NCBI GenBank assembly: GCA_002633005.1
Contig: NMRA01000229.1
Location: 395,044-446,546 of the forward strand
Reading direction: 5' to 3'
DNA: 51,503 nt
From: Phoronis australis
Taxonomy: Eukaryota > Animalia > Phoronida
The notes under the pieces are model-generated. The model saw only the letters and a program-made list of their open reading frames with translations. It made no database searches and was not told the DNA's origin. This document shows positions 23,800-36,340 of the stretch, piece by piece. How positions within the stretch are numbered: position 1 is the first letter of the stretch; each line of letters begins with the position of its first letter. The translations under genes were made by a program, and so were the position numbers.

Positions 23800-23998
23800 T
23801 TTTCCGACCGGTCGGCTAGGAGTAGACGACCGGCCGTCGAATGGTCGGCAAATTATCCGACCGCGGGTCGGCTAAAAATTAGCAGCCGGTCGCGGTGCCA
23901 ACTCATAAGCCGACCCACCAGCCGACTCTACAGCCGACCTTTTTGCCTACCGGCCATCAGCCGACCCGCTAATCGGCTGCTGTTTTTAGGCTAGAGTA
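23800..23998. repeat. Cluster of (A)GCCGAC / GTCGGC motifs in both orientations; probable subterminal region of a DNA transposon
   Basis: Roughly ten CCGAC/GTCGG words in 200 bp. ACTCTAG (~23486) and CTAGAGT (~23991) could be short TIRs. Confidence 0.45.
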
Positions 23999-24261
23999 GC
24001 AGTTGCGTAATAAGTTGTCAGGCTGATACCGCTTTGCGTACAGATGCCGATATTCGTCTCGGCACAGGGTCAAATAAATTAACCTAGTTTTACAGTGTTT
24101 CCATTACATGAGTTCACATCGGTTGCGTTAATTGACACAACCAATTCGAAGGTTGGTGGCAAGCGGTGATATTGAGCATTGGATTATGGACAATGCAAAA
24201 AGGTTTGGATAACAAAACGTGAAAGTTTTCTTTACATTTGATCTTTTGGCTCAGACGTTAA

Positions 24262-27200
24262 GAGCAATTCCATATAAAAACCAGATGATGGGCTATATAT
24301 GCAAAATCACCAATTTTTTTGAAACTTAGCACATCAGCTGGCCTTGTCAAAAGAAACCTGAGCCTGATTTTTTAAGAGTTTTCGAGTTTTTTTTACCCTT
24401 TTTAGGACCACTTTGTACTTTTTATGAAAAATAGCAAATAATAGTTCTTGGAAGTAGGTAACTTTTTGTCAGCAACAACACATCATCGCTTCGCGCTATA
24501 GAAAAAAATAACTATATAGCAGAAAGAAGAAAGAATAACGTACAAGAAAAACTAGTTCAGATGGATTTTTTTGATTTTTATGTCCTCCCATTTTAGCCTA
24601 TAAAAATATCATTTTCACTGCTTATTATTAAGGCCATTTTTACGCATTTTTATCACTCTCCCAAATCTATATCGGATTCTTTTGGAACATGAATTAACTT
24701 CCATCTGTTACTGCTATCTTTGTTCAGCCCAACGCAAGAATAAAAAATCTTGTCTCTTTCATAGTTTTTGTGCAGTCAGTTTTTTACATAACTCACTTAC
24801 ACACTTTTCTGCCAATCTGTGACAGTCAGTTTGATTGAAAGACTCTAGGAGGCGCTACTCGATTGTGCAATTATCTATCGACCAAGATGCCAAATAGAAC
24901 AAATATCATTCGGTTTGCTACATCAGTGACGAAGGAGATCATGGGAAGCTGTATGAGAGATTTTTTCTTCGCGGATTTTCAGTTTTGCTGGTGCAAAAAT
25001 AATTTTTTTTATAGGATTACAGAAATCAAAAAAGTCAAATTTAATGTGTTAATGAGTTAATAATACAACCCCATCACCATCTCATACTTCAGAGAAGCAC
25101 TTTTTGTTCTTATTAAGGGTGCCCATTACCCATTGCTTGGCCAGTTTTCAAACACCGTAACTGACTAAGAATCCCACGCACTACCTGCTGGTCCATTTTC
25201 AGACCTCCTGGACAAATCCCTGTATACATGTATGCGCATGAAAAAGTCCTCTAAAACTAATAGCAAAGTTCATACTAAAACTAATCAAAATCTTCGAGAT
25301 CACACGTGAAAAGAGGACGGTGGATATGAGCAGAAGTGTGGTGTTATGGGACATACAAAGTGTCACGCAATGCTTCTTGTACTACACAAAAGCGGCCAAG
25401 CATGGTGGCAGTGCGCCATTGGAATTTGCAATTTCAGAAAAATAACAGGTACCGATATTTACGATTGAAAACATAATACTTTCAGTGATATCCAAGATAC
25501 CGGCTTTCCAAACCAGTATTTAAGCAATTGGATGTTGTTGCGACTTACCAGCTAGAAGTTTCACAATATGTAAATTCCGTTCATGCGGCGGACTCAAAAC
25601 CAGTTTTTTGAAGGTATGCTAGGTTTAGTGTATGATGCATTTCTACACAACACTTCAAAAAAACTGCATTCTGTTTGAAGAAAACAAGAGCTACTGAAAC
25701 ACAAAGTCTTTTTATTTTGCTCAGTACACATGTCTAAGATAGACGTTTCTCAAAACTAGATAATCACTCCAGACCTATCATAAAAATCTCAGTAGTTTCA
25801 AGAGAATCAATTATGTAAAAAGTATGCTTTACGAGTCTCAAACTGAACAAAAAACGCTATTAAAAAGTGACAGAACATTTCAATGTTGACCATCAGTGGC
25901 TTGGATTATTTTCCCCAAACAGCCACCACTCAAATCTCTCCCCCATGGAAGCCCCTAATTTGCGTCACCTTCCATTTTTCCAATTTCGCCCAGGGTGGAC
26001 CCCAGTCCCCTAGCTACGATAATGATGACCACAACAATATCGTAAGAATAGACAACAACTAAAACATGTTCGTTCCTACAGTTTATGATGCTAACTCATC
26101 CATGACTTCAAGCTCCAACTCATTCATTGAGGCAAACTCGTGGGCAGCAGCAGCATCAGCATCTTCAATATTCTGAATATTTCCGATTCGAGACGCGGCA
26201 ACCATACGGGAAAAATTCCAGCAATCTGCTACTCCGACAGCCACTCTTCAGAGGAGAAAACTTTTCTTTGCTTATTCCTGGCTTCTCGCATCATCTTTAC
26301 AACCTCAGCTGGCTGTTGTTTTCTGCCTGACTGAGTGACTGTTCACCTTCAGAAAATATGTCACTGGGTTAAGTCTTTACCTTCTCAGAGAAGCGGACCG
26401 CTTTTCTAGTACTTTTCAGGGCCCAATCCTGCGGCGACTTGATCAACAACGTAAACGGCAGACAACTAAGGTGATGATACAGCTGTGGTAGTAGATAAAA
26501 TCTCAGCCTTATTGTATTGAAATGTGGTCGAACTGAGTCTCGTTCTGGAGGGATGATGGATGAGCACCAACATCAAAGTGTTCGTTTAGCTCAGCATCTG
26601 TAGGAAAAGATTTCGAGCACCCACAGTGTGTGCATGTGAACTTCGTATGACGTTCACAGGATACCATTGGAGTTGTAAAACACTCGAGTGTTGCAAGGTC
26701 AAGACTTTTCAGAGGCAACAGTTTACATGACTTGTTGATGACAAGTTTTCCCTCCCTTACTTTATGGGCCTTCCATGCTCGAATGCCATCTGCGGAATAC
26801 TCAAAGTTTGTCAGCAAACTTATCCCTGGGATACTGTGCTTGGGAAGGACCTTTGGGGCATTCACACTACAGGACGACACCTAACACCCTTTGACACCTC
26901 CTCTAGACTCTAGCGCATGTTTCAGGTTGACTGCATTTTGAACGTTGTTGCCTTCATTGACGAAGTACTTGGCATGGGACTTCAAGGGTGCAATTTTCCT
27001 GTCACAGATGTCTTTTCCTTTCTAACTGTCACTGAAATCGTAGGGCAGAATGGAGATGCCGGTGTTACCAGATATGTAGAACAAATGAATCAGAAGGGCG
27101 GCTGAATGGTAACAATTGGCATTGTCGGAGCGTAGGAAAGCTTCCGTTATTTGTGGATCCCTAGCTTTCATCTGCCTTAGCACATCTAGCGTTAAACAGC

Positions 27201-28993
27201 AAACAGTGAAAAAGTCTTGCTTGCAGGCATCTAGAGTATGGATGTAAGTATGTACCTGAAATACAATAATTATGTAACTCAAATAGGTCAGCTAGTTTAA
27301 AGACCTACCTTATTATATCTTATTACCACCTAAACCACAATCACACCACTCAACTTCAAACATGGTTCGTCTCAACATGGTTATTATATTAGTAGCTCCT
27401 TCAAAACATTTCTAGGGAGGGGGAAAATTTCCCCTTCACAAAGATATGAAAATCATCCATAAGTACAAAATGGCTTCAGTTAAAATGAAGGCTTGTGTGA
27501 AAAATCTACTAAGAAAAAAATAATGCATCACTGTCGAGCTTTTATTGGGAAATGGCAAAAAAAAGACTAGATATTAAGTGCACACTCCCTGTATCTTGTA
27601 CTGTTACAGTAAATCAATATACTAAAAAGAGGTAAAGGCAACAACATTGTTCATCAATGGCTTTCTGTTTAATATTGAGCACATCTGAAAATTACTTTGT
27701 AACACTTTGAATACTAATTGAGGATTTATTTTTACCTGATGGCTTTCACCTTTCTTTGTGATACAAGCCGCCACGTGCCATGAGATCCTTTTTACCGAAC
27801 CAGTCGGACTGTGCTTCTCGGAAACTGATGGGTATGAACTTCATTGCAAAATCCATTACAACCAAAACTTGGTGTGGGGTGAGAGATGGCATCAAATCCT
27901 GTTTTGCTTGTTCCTGGTTTATCCCTCTGACAATATTCTGTGTGTTCGTGATAACAGCACGTCAGTTTTTGTCTAAAACCATGTCCAAACTCATGTCGAT
28001 GTGTAAAATATATAACGGCGCATTTCCATTGGTTTGCCAGTCCAACCTCCTATCTCCAGCTCTGGCAAGAATCAGCTGTAATTCCGATATACTTTCAAAC
28101 TTCTGTGGCACTTTGAACGACCTCAGATGACTTCTGACGTCTTTAATACAGCTAATGAAGGCCACATTTCCTCCGCAATCACACGTATGTAACAAAAATT
28201 GACCAAATGTACAAGAAGGAAATTCCTCCATATTCTTTTTTGCAGTGACAGGAAGTGCATGTAATCTCGAATCCTAAAGTGCTATTGGTAAAGTTAAACA
28301 AAGAGTGGAGTGTTTTAGAAAATTGGGGTTACAAAAGTGAAATTTAAATTTTTGTAATGTTGCATAGTTGATATTAGATCATATGTTTTAGGTGATATCT
28401 CTAAACTAAAAGAGTAGCCTCAACTCTCTTGTCAGTCAGAGTAAGGCCACATCACAAAAATGCCCAAATTCGAGGGCCACGTTTAAAACTAAATATATAA
28501 GAGACAAGTTTTTTTAAAATCAATTATCAAAGTTCAGTCTTAGAAGTGTCACGAAAGAGAATTTCAACTTCAAATATATTCCGATATAGCAGGCAGGTTA
28601 AGCAACATCTTGCCACTTGTGACTGGCCTGAAAAGTGGTCTCGGAGTTTTCTCCCCTGCTGGAAATTTAACTGTACCTATGAGTTGCAAATTTCATTTTC
28701 TTACTAACCTGACATGAGTCTTTATGACCATCAATGTCAAACTTTGTCACCAGTTTTTCAAGTCTGATTTTTTGCCGTTCAAAAAATGCCGTTTTACTGA
28801 CATGAAAAAATGCAAAATATGACTTTATAGCCAAATAGGTCATATCTCGGTAACCAAAGGTCATTGAGTACAAATATTGCAGCAGTGTACTTTGGGGCAG
28901 CATCCCAACACATGCACAAAGTATTAGTTCTGTATGAATTTTTGAGTATATAGTGATTTTTCATTTTCATATGGTTTTTATATGGAATCATTC
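24262..28993 (-). mobile_element. Sola3 DNA transposon, degenerate (4732 bp)
   Basis: TTAA on both sides (24258-24261, 28994-28997). TIRs GAGCAATTCCATATAAAAACCAGATG versus the reverse complement GAATGATTCCATATAAAAACCATATG (22/26). Contains an internal Sola3-type transposase. Confidence 0.85.
26110..28231 (-). pseudogene. Sola3 transposase pseudogene (two exons; intron 27256-27736)
   Basis: Motifs: ISELQLILARAG; VMDFAMKFIPISFREAQSDWFGKK/ISWHV; GT..AG phase-0 intron; FLRSDNANCYH; YDFSDS*KGKDICDRK; GGVKG; GISLLTNFEY; a C2H2 finger CTHCGCSKSF...HFDVGAH; WALKS..RFSEKVK. Several stops and frameshifts are present. Confidence 0.85.
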
Positions 28994-30737
28994 TTAACAA
29001 GTTGCATTAGATTGAATGCTTCCCAGTCAATACAACGCCGTAATCATTTTGTAAACACAGCTATTTTTTACAGTCTTCGCCTACACTTGTTTTTTGTTTG
29101 TGTTACGCCGAACTGCATCTTTTTGCGTTTTTAAAATTCCTCACGGGTCTCCTATCACGTGCCCATGATGATGGGATAGTGAATGAGTTGTTGCACCGAA
29201 GAGCTCTTACTCCGGAGATTTTGTTTTCACAGTATTAACCCTTGCAGTAAAGACGCGAAATACACCAAACTTTATGCCCTAATCCAACGGACTTGGAAAG
29301 CTCTAACTTCGAAATCACATGGTTACGACTTCAACGAACTTAGACAGTGACATCAAACACGGAGGCTACTACCAATTCTAGCCTTGCGCATTCCGTTTTC
29401 ATGCATCGGTGACTGTAAAATCTGCTCTAGTTACATGTACATGTATCCGTTGGTCGTTGACGTTGTTCCAAAAACAAATATTTTCTGTCAACAACATTTT
29501 GACAGATTGTTTAAAATATAACAATTTTGAACGGGAAGATGCGAACACGTGGTGAAGAGGTGTTTGTCTCGGCATTTGTGCGTGAATCTTTGGTAAAGCG
29601 AATGCGATGTCGAAAAAAATGAAAGAAAATACACCAAGGGACACGTTTTGTGAAGCAAAGCGTCTGGTGATGTTTATAGCGCATGATCTGGCCTCCTTAC
29701 ATGTAGGTAATAAGTGACGGTGAATGATATCTGGCAACTATGGCTCCAAAATAAAAATATCACGCTTGTATTGCCCCCCTCCCCCTTCTCCCCGAGTTCT
29801 GCACCTTCCAATGAGTCACCACGCCAGATTTGGTTCAGTTTCAGTCCTAAAATCACAGAATCATTCTGTGGTCAGGTGTAACAAGACCTACAATTTTTTG
29901 GAACCGTGCTCAATCTTAAAAAAACTTCCATTACGCGAGTGCTTTGTTAGAAATGCCAAACACATGCAGCGTTCTAACACAAAGACGTTTTCGTTTCCTT
30001 TCTGACGTTTCAATTTACGTTTAGCAAATATAAGAGACGAAACGTGATGTAATTACAGAAATTCATGAGCAGTAATAGAATGGCTAGGACGGTATTTGAC
30101 TGGAAATCTCTGGTACAACACTTCGGGGCGGCAGGTGGCACCAGTGGATTATTAATTAAAATGTGTTTGCCTGACTTACTTGAATGTAATATTTCTGATG
30201 CTAAAATCTTTAGTGCCGATCATCACGAATTGTTGTGTCGCCCCTCCCTTCCCCCTCCTCCCCTCCGGAGAATGTTCCGTACGAGACAAATCTCCCTCCA
30301 TTCTAGCTACTCGGGCTATACACTGTACATGTACACAGAAGTCCGTGCCCTGACTGCTGATACATGTACCTCTGTATGCATTATACATTGCTCCTTGCTA
30401 GTTCAAAGGCTTAGTTTTGCCCTTTATATTTACCGCCAATCTTATTGAACTTGTACGTAACAAAATAGACACTGTGTATACTGTTCATCTTCTTCCCTGT
30501 TTTAATCATATTTTCTGAACTTAGAATGAGCAATGCTTCATCATTTACGGATCGTTTTTGGTCAGTGACAAAAATTCGTATAAATTAATAGGGCTGATGA
30601 AAAAACTAAGATCTTATATTACATCTTTCGTTAATTCTTATCAACATCTTATAACATGTCATACCATTTTTAGAAATAGTCGACATTAATCTATTTTAAA
30701 GTATCATTTGTAATAAACTTTATCAACCATAACTGAT

Positions 30738-30842
30738 TGTGTACACCTGTCGTGCACGCGCAAACATAGTGCCTGTGTACACCTGTCGTTCACGCGCAGA
30801 TATAATGCCTGTGTACACTTGTCCGGCACGCGCAGATATACA
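30738..30842. repeat. 36-bp tandem repeat, ~3 copies
   Basis: TGTGTACAC(C/T)TGTC...CACGCGCA.A.ATA.TGCC at 30738, 30774 and 30810. Confidence 0.92.
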
Positions 30843-31619
30843 TGTATATAGTGGGACAAAGGGACATTTCCCCCCACTGCTCCAACGAGAGAGGGTACTC
30901 TCTGAAGTGGGACACCTTAAGATAAAAGGCTAAACATCATTAAGCTTGGAAAAAAGTGACAGTTCATTCCACCGTCGTGTGGTGCCAAAACGATGCAGGG
31001 AGTGACCTCCTTCAACACGAAAGCACGATTTCACACAAAAAAAGGAAAATAGAGGTAATCGATTCCAACACTTGACCCTTTCACTGTGAGCGGCCCCGTA
31101 AGAATTTCTTAATAAAAACACAAAAAGGTAGCCACTTAAATGTCATCAATGGCCTCGTTCAAAAGCGGGGCCCCTCAATATGAAAATATCTGTATTTTCA
31201 AATATCAGGAAATGCGCGGCAATTGATGTTATCTGTCAGGTCATCAGTTTTTCTCAAGTTATATACAGTTTCGAGAAAATGATGAAGCGAAATTTGTCAA
31301 CGTTATCCCTTGCCTGAGAAGGGCCTCTAGAAAAATATAGTTTTGCATTCGCAAAATTGACTTATTGAATTTAAACATCCAGCAAATTAGTACGCTCTGC
31401 AAAAACTTCGCTTTACAAATTCTCTCAATTTTTTCGAAATATATATGTGCGTTTAGACGACCTGTGCTGCAAAAGCGAAGACCCTGACGACAATGTCCTG
31501 GCCTGGGTCCTCAAAAGATAAACCATGCACTGAATTTTCTCTCTTATCCGTTTTCCGCAGTCTTTCTTTTTTCGACTTTCCCGGCACGAGGTTGGCCACA
31601 GGGCGTTGCCGCAGATCAA

Positions 31620-31893
31620 CATCGACAGTATGGCACCCTTCTTCAGGGGTTGATTTTCAGGAACCTTCTCCGACTCCGAGTACATATCTCTTTCGTAATC
31701 CATCTTCAGAAAATGCTTGCCACACACTCGGTAATTCTCCACTGCTTTGTACGCTGCGTTCTTTACACGGACGAGCCATGTACTGTACGGCAGAGCGTGT
31801 CATCTTTCGGAAAGCGGTGTACTGGCACAGCCTACTCAAAGTGCGCGTTAGGCGATAACGAGTACACCCCGGTACGCAGCAACCATGAGGCAT
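31620..31893 (-). pseudogene. Frameshifted THAP domain of a DNA-transposon transposase
   Basis: Across frames: MPHGCCVPGC / VHRFPKDDTLCR / WLVRVKN...NYRVCGKHF...YERD...LKKGAILS. This covers the C2CH ligands, the P/W/F residues and a decayed AVPTIF box. Confidence 0.8.
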
Positions 31894-32859
31894 GTTTATT
31901 GACTCGTTAACAAACGCAAACGACAACCGTATTTATCACAAGCGAGGTAAAATAATGAACGCCTCGACAGGCCACACAGCCAGACTATATGAAAACATAA
32001 TGTCGGTAAATTCTTAACCCCATAAACGTCACTTCCAGAGTAAGGCACGACTAATTAATGAAGTACGGGAAGCCGTTATTAAATGAAAAATATGTCTGGG
32101 ATAATCTGATTTCAATGAACAGATTTTTACTAAAATTGATATAAAAACGTAGCTTTCTCTGTTAAGGCACCACAGAAGAAAGGAACTCCAGACTTTCATT
32201 GTTAATAATCGTGTTCCACAAGTTTGGAATTGTTAACAATGGTAATAGTGCCTATCAATGACTAAGATTACAACTTTCAGTGAGAAACAACCAAAAAGAA
32301 ATAAAAGAAACAAAAACCGAAACAAAAAGCAACCGATTATATGGGGAAATACATGAGCAACCCAAACGGGTATGATTCTCTAATAGGTTCCCATTGAATT
32401 AGGGATGAACTTTATTAGAAGGTTAATTGTAAGAAGCCACGTTTACAAGAGAATACAGATTTAGTCTGTGGGTCATATCAACACAAGTAGTATGAGACAA
32501 TACTCTGTGGAAACGTGGAGCACAGCAAACACCAATCATACAGCGACTTTCAGTAGAGGATTACCTAACAATAGGGAGCCATTCATGGCTGGTGTTAATT
32601 GTTGTAGGCCACGTGAAGACAGAGAGAATAACAAGTGAACAAGACTTGTAATTAGAATATGAGTTGGTGTTCACTCTGCTAGAAAACTGAACGTGCCACT
32701 GTAAAATGGAGGTCATGTGTACAGCTGAGAAATCATAAAAGAAATAACTGGAGAGATCTTCAAAGTACATACTAAAAATTCACAGGCTACAGTCAGACTA
32801 TACTGCACGCAAACACATGCAAGTCGTGCTCAGTCTGTATTTGTCGGTTTTTTCTGTCC

Positions 32860-33310
32860 TTAGTTCCACCATTACATGTCCATCAGTTTTACTAAACACA
32901 TCTTATTCATGTTTGACAAGGCGGCTACACCGGGCAAAAATTCCAGCTTGTTTATATCTTAGGTTTTCATTCATGTACATCTGCACTCGACGGCCTTGAT
33001 TTCTCAGTGAACATGCCTCTATTATGGAGGAACAGACCACAGACGTTATAACACAGGAACATTATGACTACGGGCCTTGACTTATCGCTTGTCCTCTTGC
33101 CAAGTAGATGGGAGCGACGGATGTCCTCATGACCCTCTTCAATTCCTAATTTCTGTCCAAGTTTCACAACAGCTGCACCATTGTCGCCTTTCTTTCCCGC
33201 TGTAGCTTATCGATCCCATAGATAACTATGTTACTTCTTCGGAAATACTTTTCCAACTTATCCATATTGTCGCTCAGCTCAGTTACTTATCTCTTCAAAT
33301 CAATGATTAC
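32860..33310 (-). pseudogene. LINE ORF1-like remnant (coiled-coil/RRM type)
   Basis: DKLEKYFRRSNIVIYGI; LGIEEGHEDIRRSHLLGK..KSRPVVIMF; MYMNENL. These resemble the LEQYSRRNN..I.GI / IDRAHR.G / RPIIVKF / IYINEDLT pattern. Confidence 0.7.
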
Positions 33311-33359
33311 TGCATCCTATTCACTTATTTTAGACGCATCCACACCCGGCTGATGCAGG

Positions 33360-33465
33360 TACTAAGATGTATTGTTTGTTGACATCCAACACCAATAGCT
33401 GCCCCACCTGGTGGCCGAATATTAAAGCTATCCAAAGGGACAGATCGCTGGTTATTGACACCCAG
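33360..33465 (+). repeat. Dispersed partial copy of the 165-bp repeat at 42285-42645
   Basis: ACTAAGATGTA...GTTGACATCCA.CA.CCAATAGCTGCCCCACCTGGTG...AAAGCTATC.AAAGGGACA is shared. Confidence 0.8.
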
Positions 33466-33491
33466 TTTGGGGTACAATGTCAAGCCCGGAG

Positions 33492-33529
33492 CCAATCCAG
33501 GTGGAAGTGACGTAAGTCACGCGCATGCG
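33492..33529 (+). promoter_or_regulatory. Candidate housekeeping-type promoter module (CCAAT, ETS-CRE, NRF1-like)
   Basis: CCAAT (33492), GGAAGTGACGT (33503) and GCGCATGCG (33521) within 38 bp; ATG|GTACGT donor-like site at 33637-33645. Confidence 0.4.
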
Positions 33530-35084
33530 TCCTGTCAAGTGCAATTCCCTGTCTACTTTCTCTCGAAGTGTTATTGTTTCAGCAGAGAATTTCTCGAATT
33601 CAAGAACTGTGACAGCGGCATTGGACGAATTTCGACATGGTACGTGTGCTTAATTTATTTTATATGCGCTAACTGCGAAGCGATACCGAAGCTAGTTTAC
33701 AGTGAAACAACACCTGTAGATGAGATAAAAGGTCATATATATTATGATAATTTAAACTACTACAGTATCGGTAATTACAAAAGTTACATAGTATGTTGAA
33801 CTGTAAAGGTGGGTGACAATCTGCCTACCAGCAATGAAGGTATACATAAGTGGTGAATAGAAAGTTAAGTAATAATATGCGGAAGCATAACATCAACACC
33901 GGGACAGCGACATGGGGAAGGTAAGGATAAACAGGGAAGTAAGGAAAATTGGTTTGCGGGAGGGAGGGAAAGAGAGTGCAAACTGAAATTTGAAGAGAAT
34001 TGTGGACGATGGCCCAGTGTTGCGACGAGACAAAGAGATCACGTGGTACAATTAAACCAATAATCGTAGAACAAAGGAGGTCACTGACCCGAGAATCCAA
34101 ACAATATGATCATGAAGACGATGCAGTATAGCTTACATAAAATAATTCAACACTTAAATAATTTTTATATGCGCTAACTGCGAAGCGATACCGAAGCTAG
34201 TTTACAGTGAAACAACACGTGTAGATGAGATAAAAGGTGATATATATTATGACAAACTAAACTACTACAGAATCGATAATTTCCAAAGTTACATAGTATG
34301 TTGAACTGTAAAGGTGGGAGACAATCTGCCACAGATGCAGCAGAAAGATGCATCCGCCCACCCAAGGGAGAGCGAGCGAGGCCGCCAAAAGGGGCATAAG
34401 AAAAATGGGGCAAAAGTAAGCACGTAAATAGGAAAATACGAACATGGAGTGGTACAGCTAGGCGGCATAACAAAACAAAACAAAATTATGGAGTGACACA
34501 ACAAGGTGTCGAAATCATAGTAACTGAAACCCAGAGGAATATAAGTCTAACATGAACAGATAAAAACTAAGGAATATAAAAAAGGAACATATCAACCAAC
34601 AAAAAATAAATACAGATTAACAAGCAGACGGTGGCACCGTCAATAGTAAACCTATATAAAGTATGGAAAAATGCTAAGAGGAGAATAACCCATAATAGGG
34701 CATGGAGTAAACCAACAAGTATAAAGGGGGCGGGAAAGAGTGCCCGGGAGGGAGAACCCCGAAAAGGTGAGTGGAAAGTGTATGCCAATGAAAATGGAGA
34801 ATGAGTGAAGTAGGACACTGGCAATACAGGCGTCCTAGGGTGATAAATGGGGTGAGTGAAGTAGACACTGGCAATACAGGTGCCCATGAACTTGACACTG
34901 GCAATACAGTTGCCCCGTGATGAAAAAGGAGTGGTCAGTGAGGGGGGGGGGCACTGGCAATACATGCGCCCCCAGGGTGAAGAGGCGGTGTAAGGAGGGG
35001 AAGCACTGGCTGTAGAGCTGCCCCTAGGTGGTGAATGATCATGTCAATGAAGGAGTGGGAATGTTAGCATTAGGCAAGTTTAAG

Positions 35085-35415
35085 AAGGAGAGACGAATGT
35101 AGGTCTTGAGCGCGTCGGACTTCCAGAGACTCATACGCTGAATGGTGGAGTCTGGAATTTAGAGGGAAGCAGCGAAGGTGGCTGCACCAATACGAAAATT
35201 ATGAGATTTATAGCGTTGAGGATCGAGACCGACGCACCTGGTGAGTGAAGTAAGAGCGAGTTAGGGAAGTGGAAGAGAGGACCGGAAGAGTGGTTGGAGA
35301 GAGTGAGGTAGTGTTGAAGGGTTGCAACAGGGCAATGGGGACCGGTAGAAAGGGGAATAACGAGAATGGTAGGGGTGTGATCGTGGTGTTTGATGTGGGA
35401 GATAGTGAGCCGAGA
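35085..35415 (-). pseudogene. Tyrosine recombinase C-terminal half
   Basis: LTISHIKHH..HCPVATLQHYL..GPLFHFP / GLDPQRYKSHNFRIGAATFAASL*IPDSTIQRMSLWKSDALKTYIR contains the HxxR..W..Y catalytic motifs, with a frameshift and a stop. Confidence 0.88.
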
Positions 35416-35429
35416 ATTCGGCGATGGCT

Positions 35430-35612
35430 GGGGTTAAATGGCGAACGGAACGAGGGCCAGGGACGAGTGTGGCCCCGGACAACCCTAAGGAGTTGATGGA
35501 TACAGAGGACTCGTGGAAACCCAGATTGGTCAGACCCTGGTCGGTCGCCGCAGGCGAATTAAGATAGGCGTCCAGCCAACGCACATAAGAACTGCCCAAA
35601 ATCAAACAACTA
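35430..35612 (-). pseudogene. SGNH/GDSL hydrolase N-terminal fragment
   Basis: CLILGSSYVRWL...TNLGF...VSINSLGLSGATL matches blocks I and II of the hydrolase carried by Ngaro elements. Confidence 0.7.
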
Positions 35613-36076
35613 GGGGGCGTGTTTAGTCCAGAACCGGAAGCAGGAAACAAGGTACAATACCTTAATGAGGTGAAGAGACGGAGAGTGCTGAAACTTCAAA
35701 GAGAAATTGAGTGCAAACTGAAATTTGGAGAGAATTGTGGACGATGGCCCAGTGTTGCGACGAGACAAAGAGATCACGTGGTACAATTAAACCAATAATC
35801 GTAGAACAAAGAGGGTCACTGACCCGAGAATCCAAAGAATATGATAATGAGGACAAAGCAGTATAGCTTACATAAAATAATTTAATTCTTAAATAATTTA
35901 TATTTTATGCTAATTATGATCTTAAGAGAAACCACTGCCCTTTTGACGGAGAAACTTCGCGAAGGGCGTGTTTTTAAATAGTTGAGCACTGTGGTTATGT
36001 GTATTGTAATCCTTAGCCTCTTACTCAAGTGACTAAGAGTCATAGTCTTAGACATTTAGGCCTACTGAAATGACAC

Positions 36077-36340
36077 CCAGCGGAGTCAGGTAGGACCTAG
36101 CATTTGTATTTTTGTGATGACACCTGGATCAGCTAGTTGACATTTGCAAAATTTCAACCAGCGGAGTCTGGTAGGACTTAGCATTTGTATTTTTGTGATG
36201 ATACCTAGATCAGGTAGTTGACATTTGCAAAATGTCAACCAGTGGAGTCAGGTAGGACTTAGCATTTGTATTTTGTGATGATACCTAGATCAGCTGGTTG
36301 ATGATTGCATAATGTCAACCAGAGGAGTCAGGTAGAACTA
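36077..36340. repeat. 81-bp tandem repeat, ~3.3 copies
   Basis: CCAG.GGAGTC.GGTAGGAC.TAGCATTTGTATTTT.. at 36077, 36158, 36239 and 36319. Confidence 0.95.

Larger units (their letters stand above)
33658..35899 (-). mobile_element. Non-autonomous Ngaro-like tyrosine-recombinase retrotransposon with split direct repeats
   Basis: On the - strand: A1 (35899-35709), SGNH fragment, YR fragment, B1 (34330-34163) abutting A2 (34164-33974), spacer, B2 (33825-33658). No RT/RNase H is seen. Confidence 0.85.

Noticed and set aside
30738-30842. 36-bp repeats as a CRISPR array
   Set aside because: The units are contiguous with no unique spacers, there are no cas genes, and the context is eukaryotic. The same applies to the 81-bp array.
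30915-32166. Kolobok-type TIR pair around the THAP relic
   Set aside because: The right side has a TTAA end, but I could not find a convincing matching left TIR.
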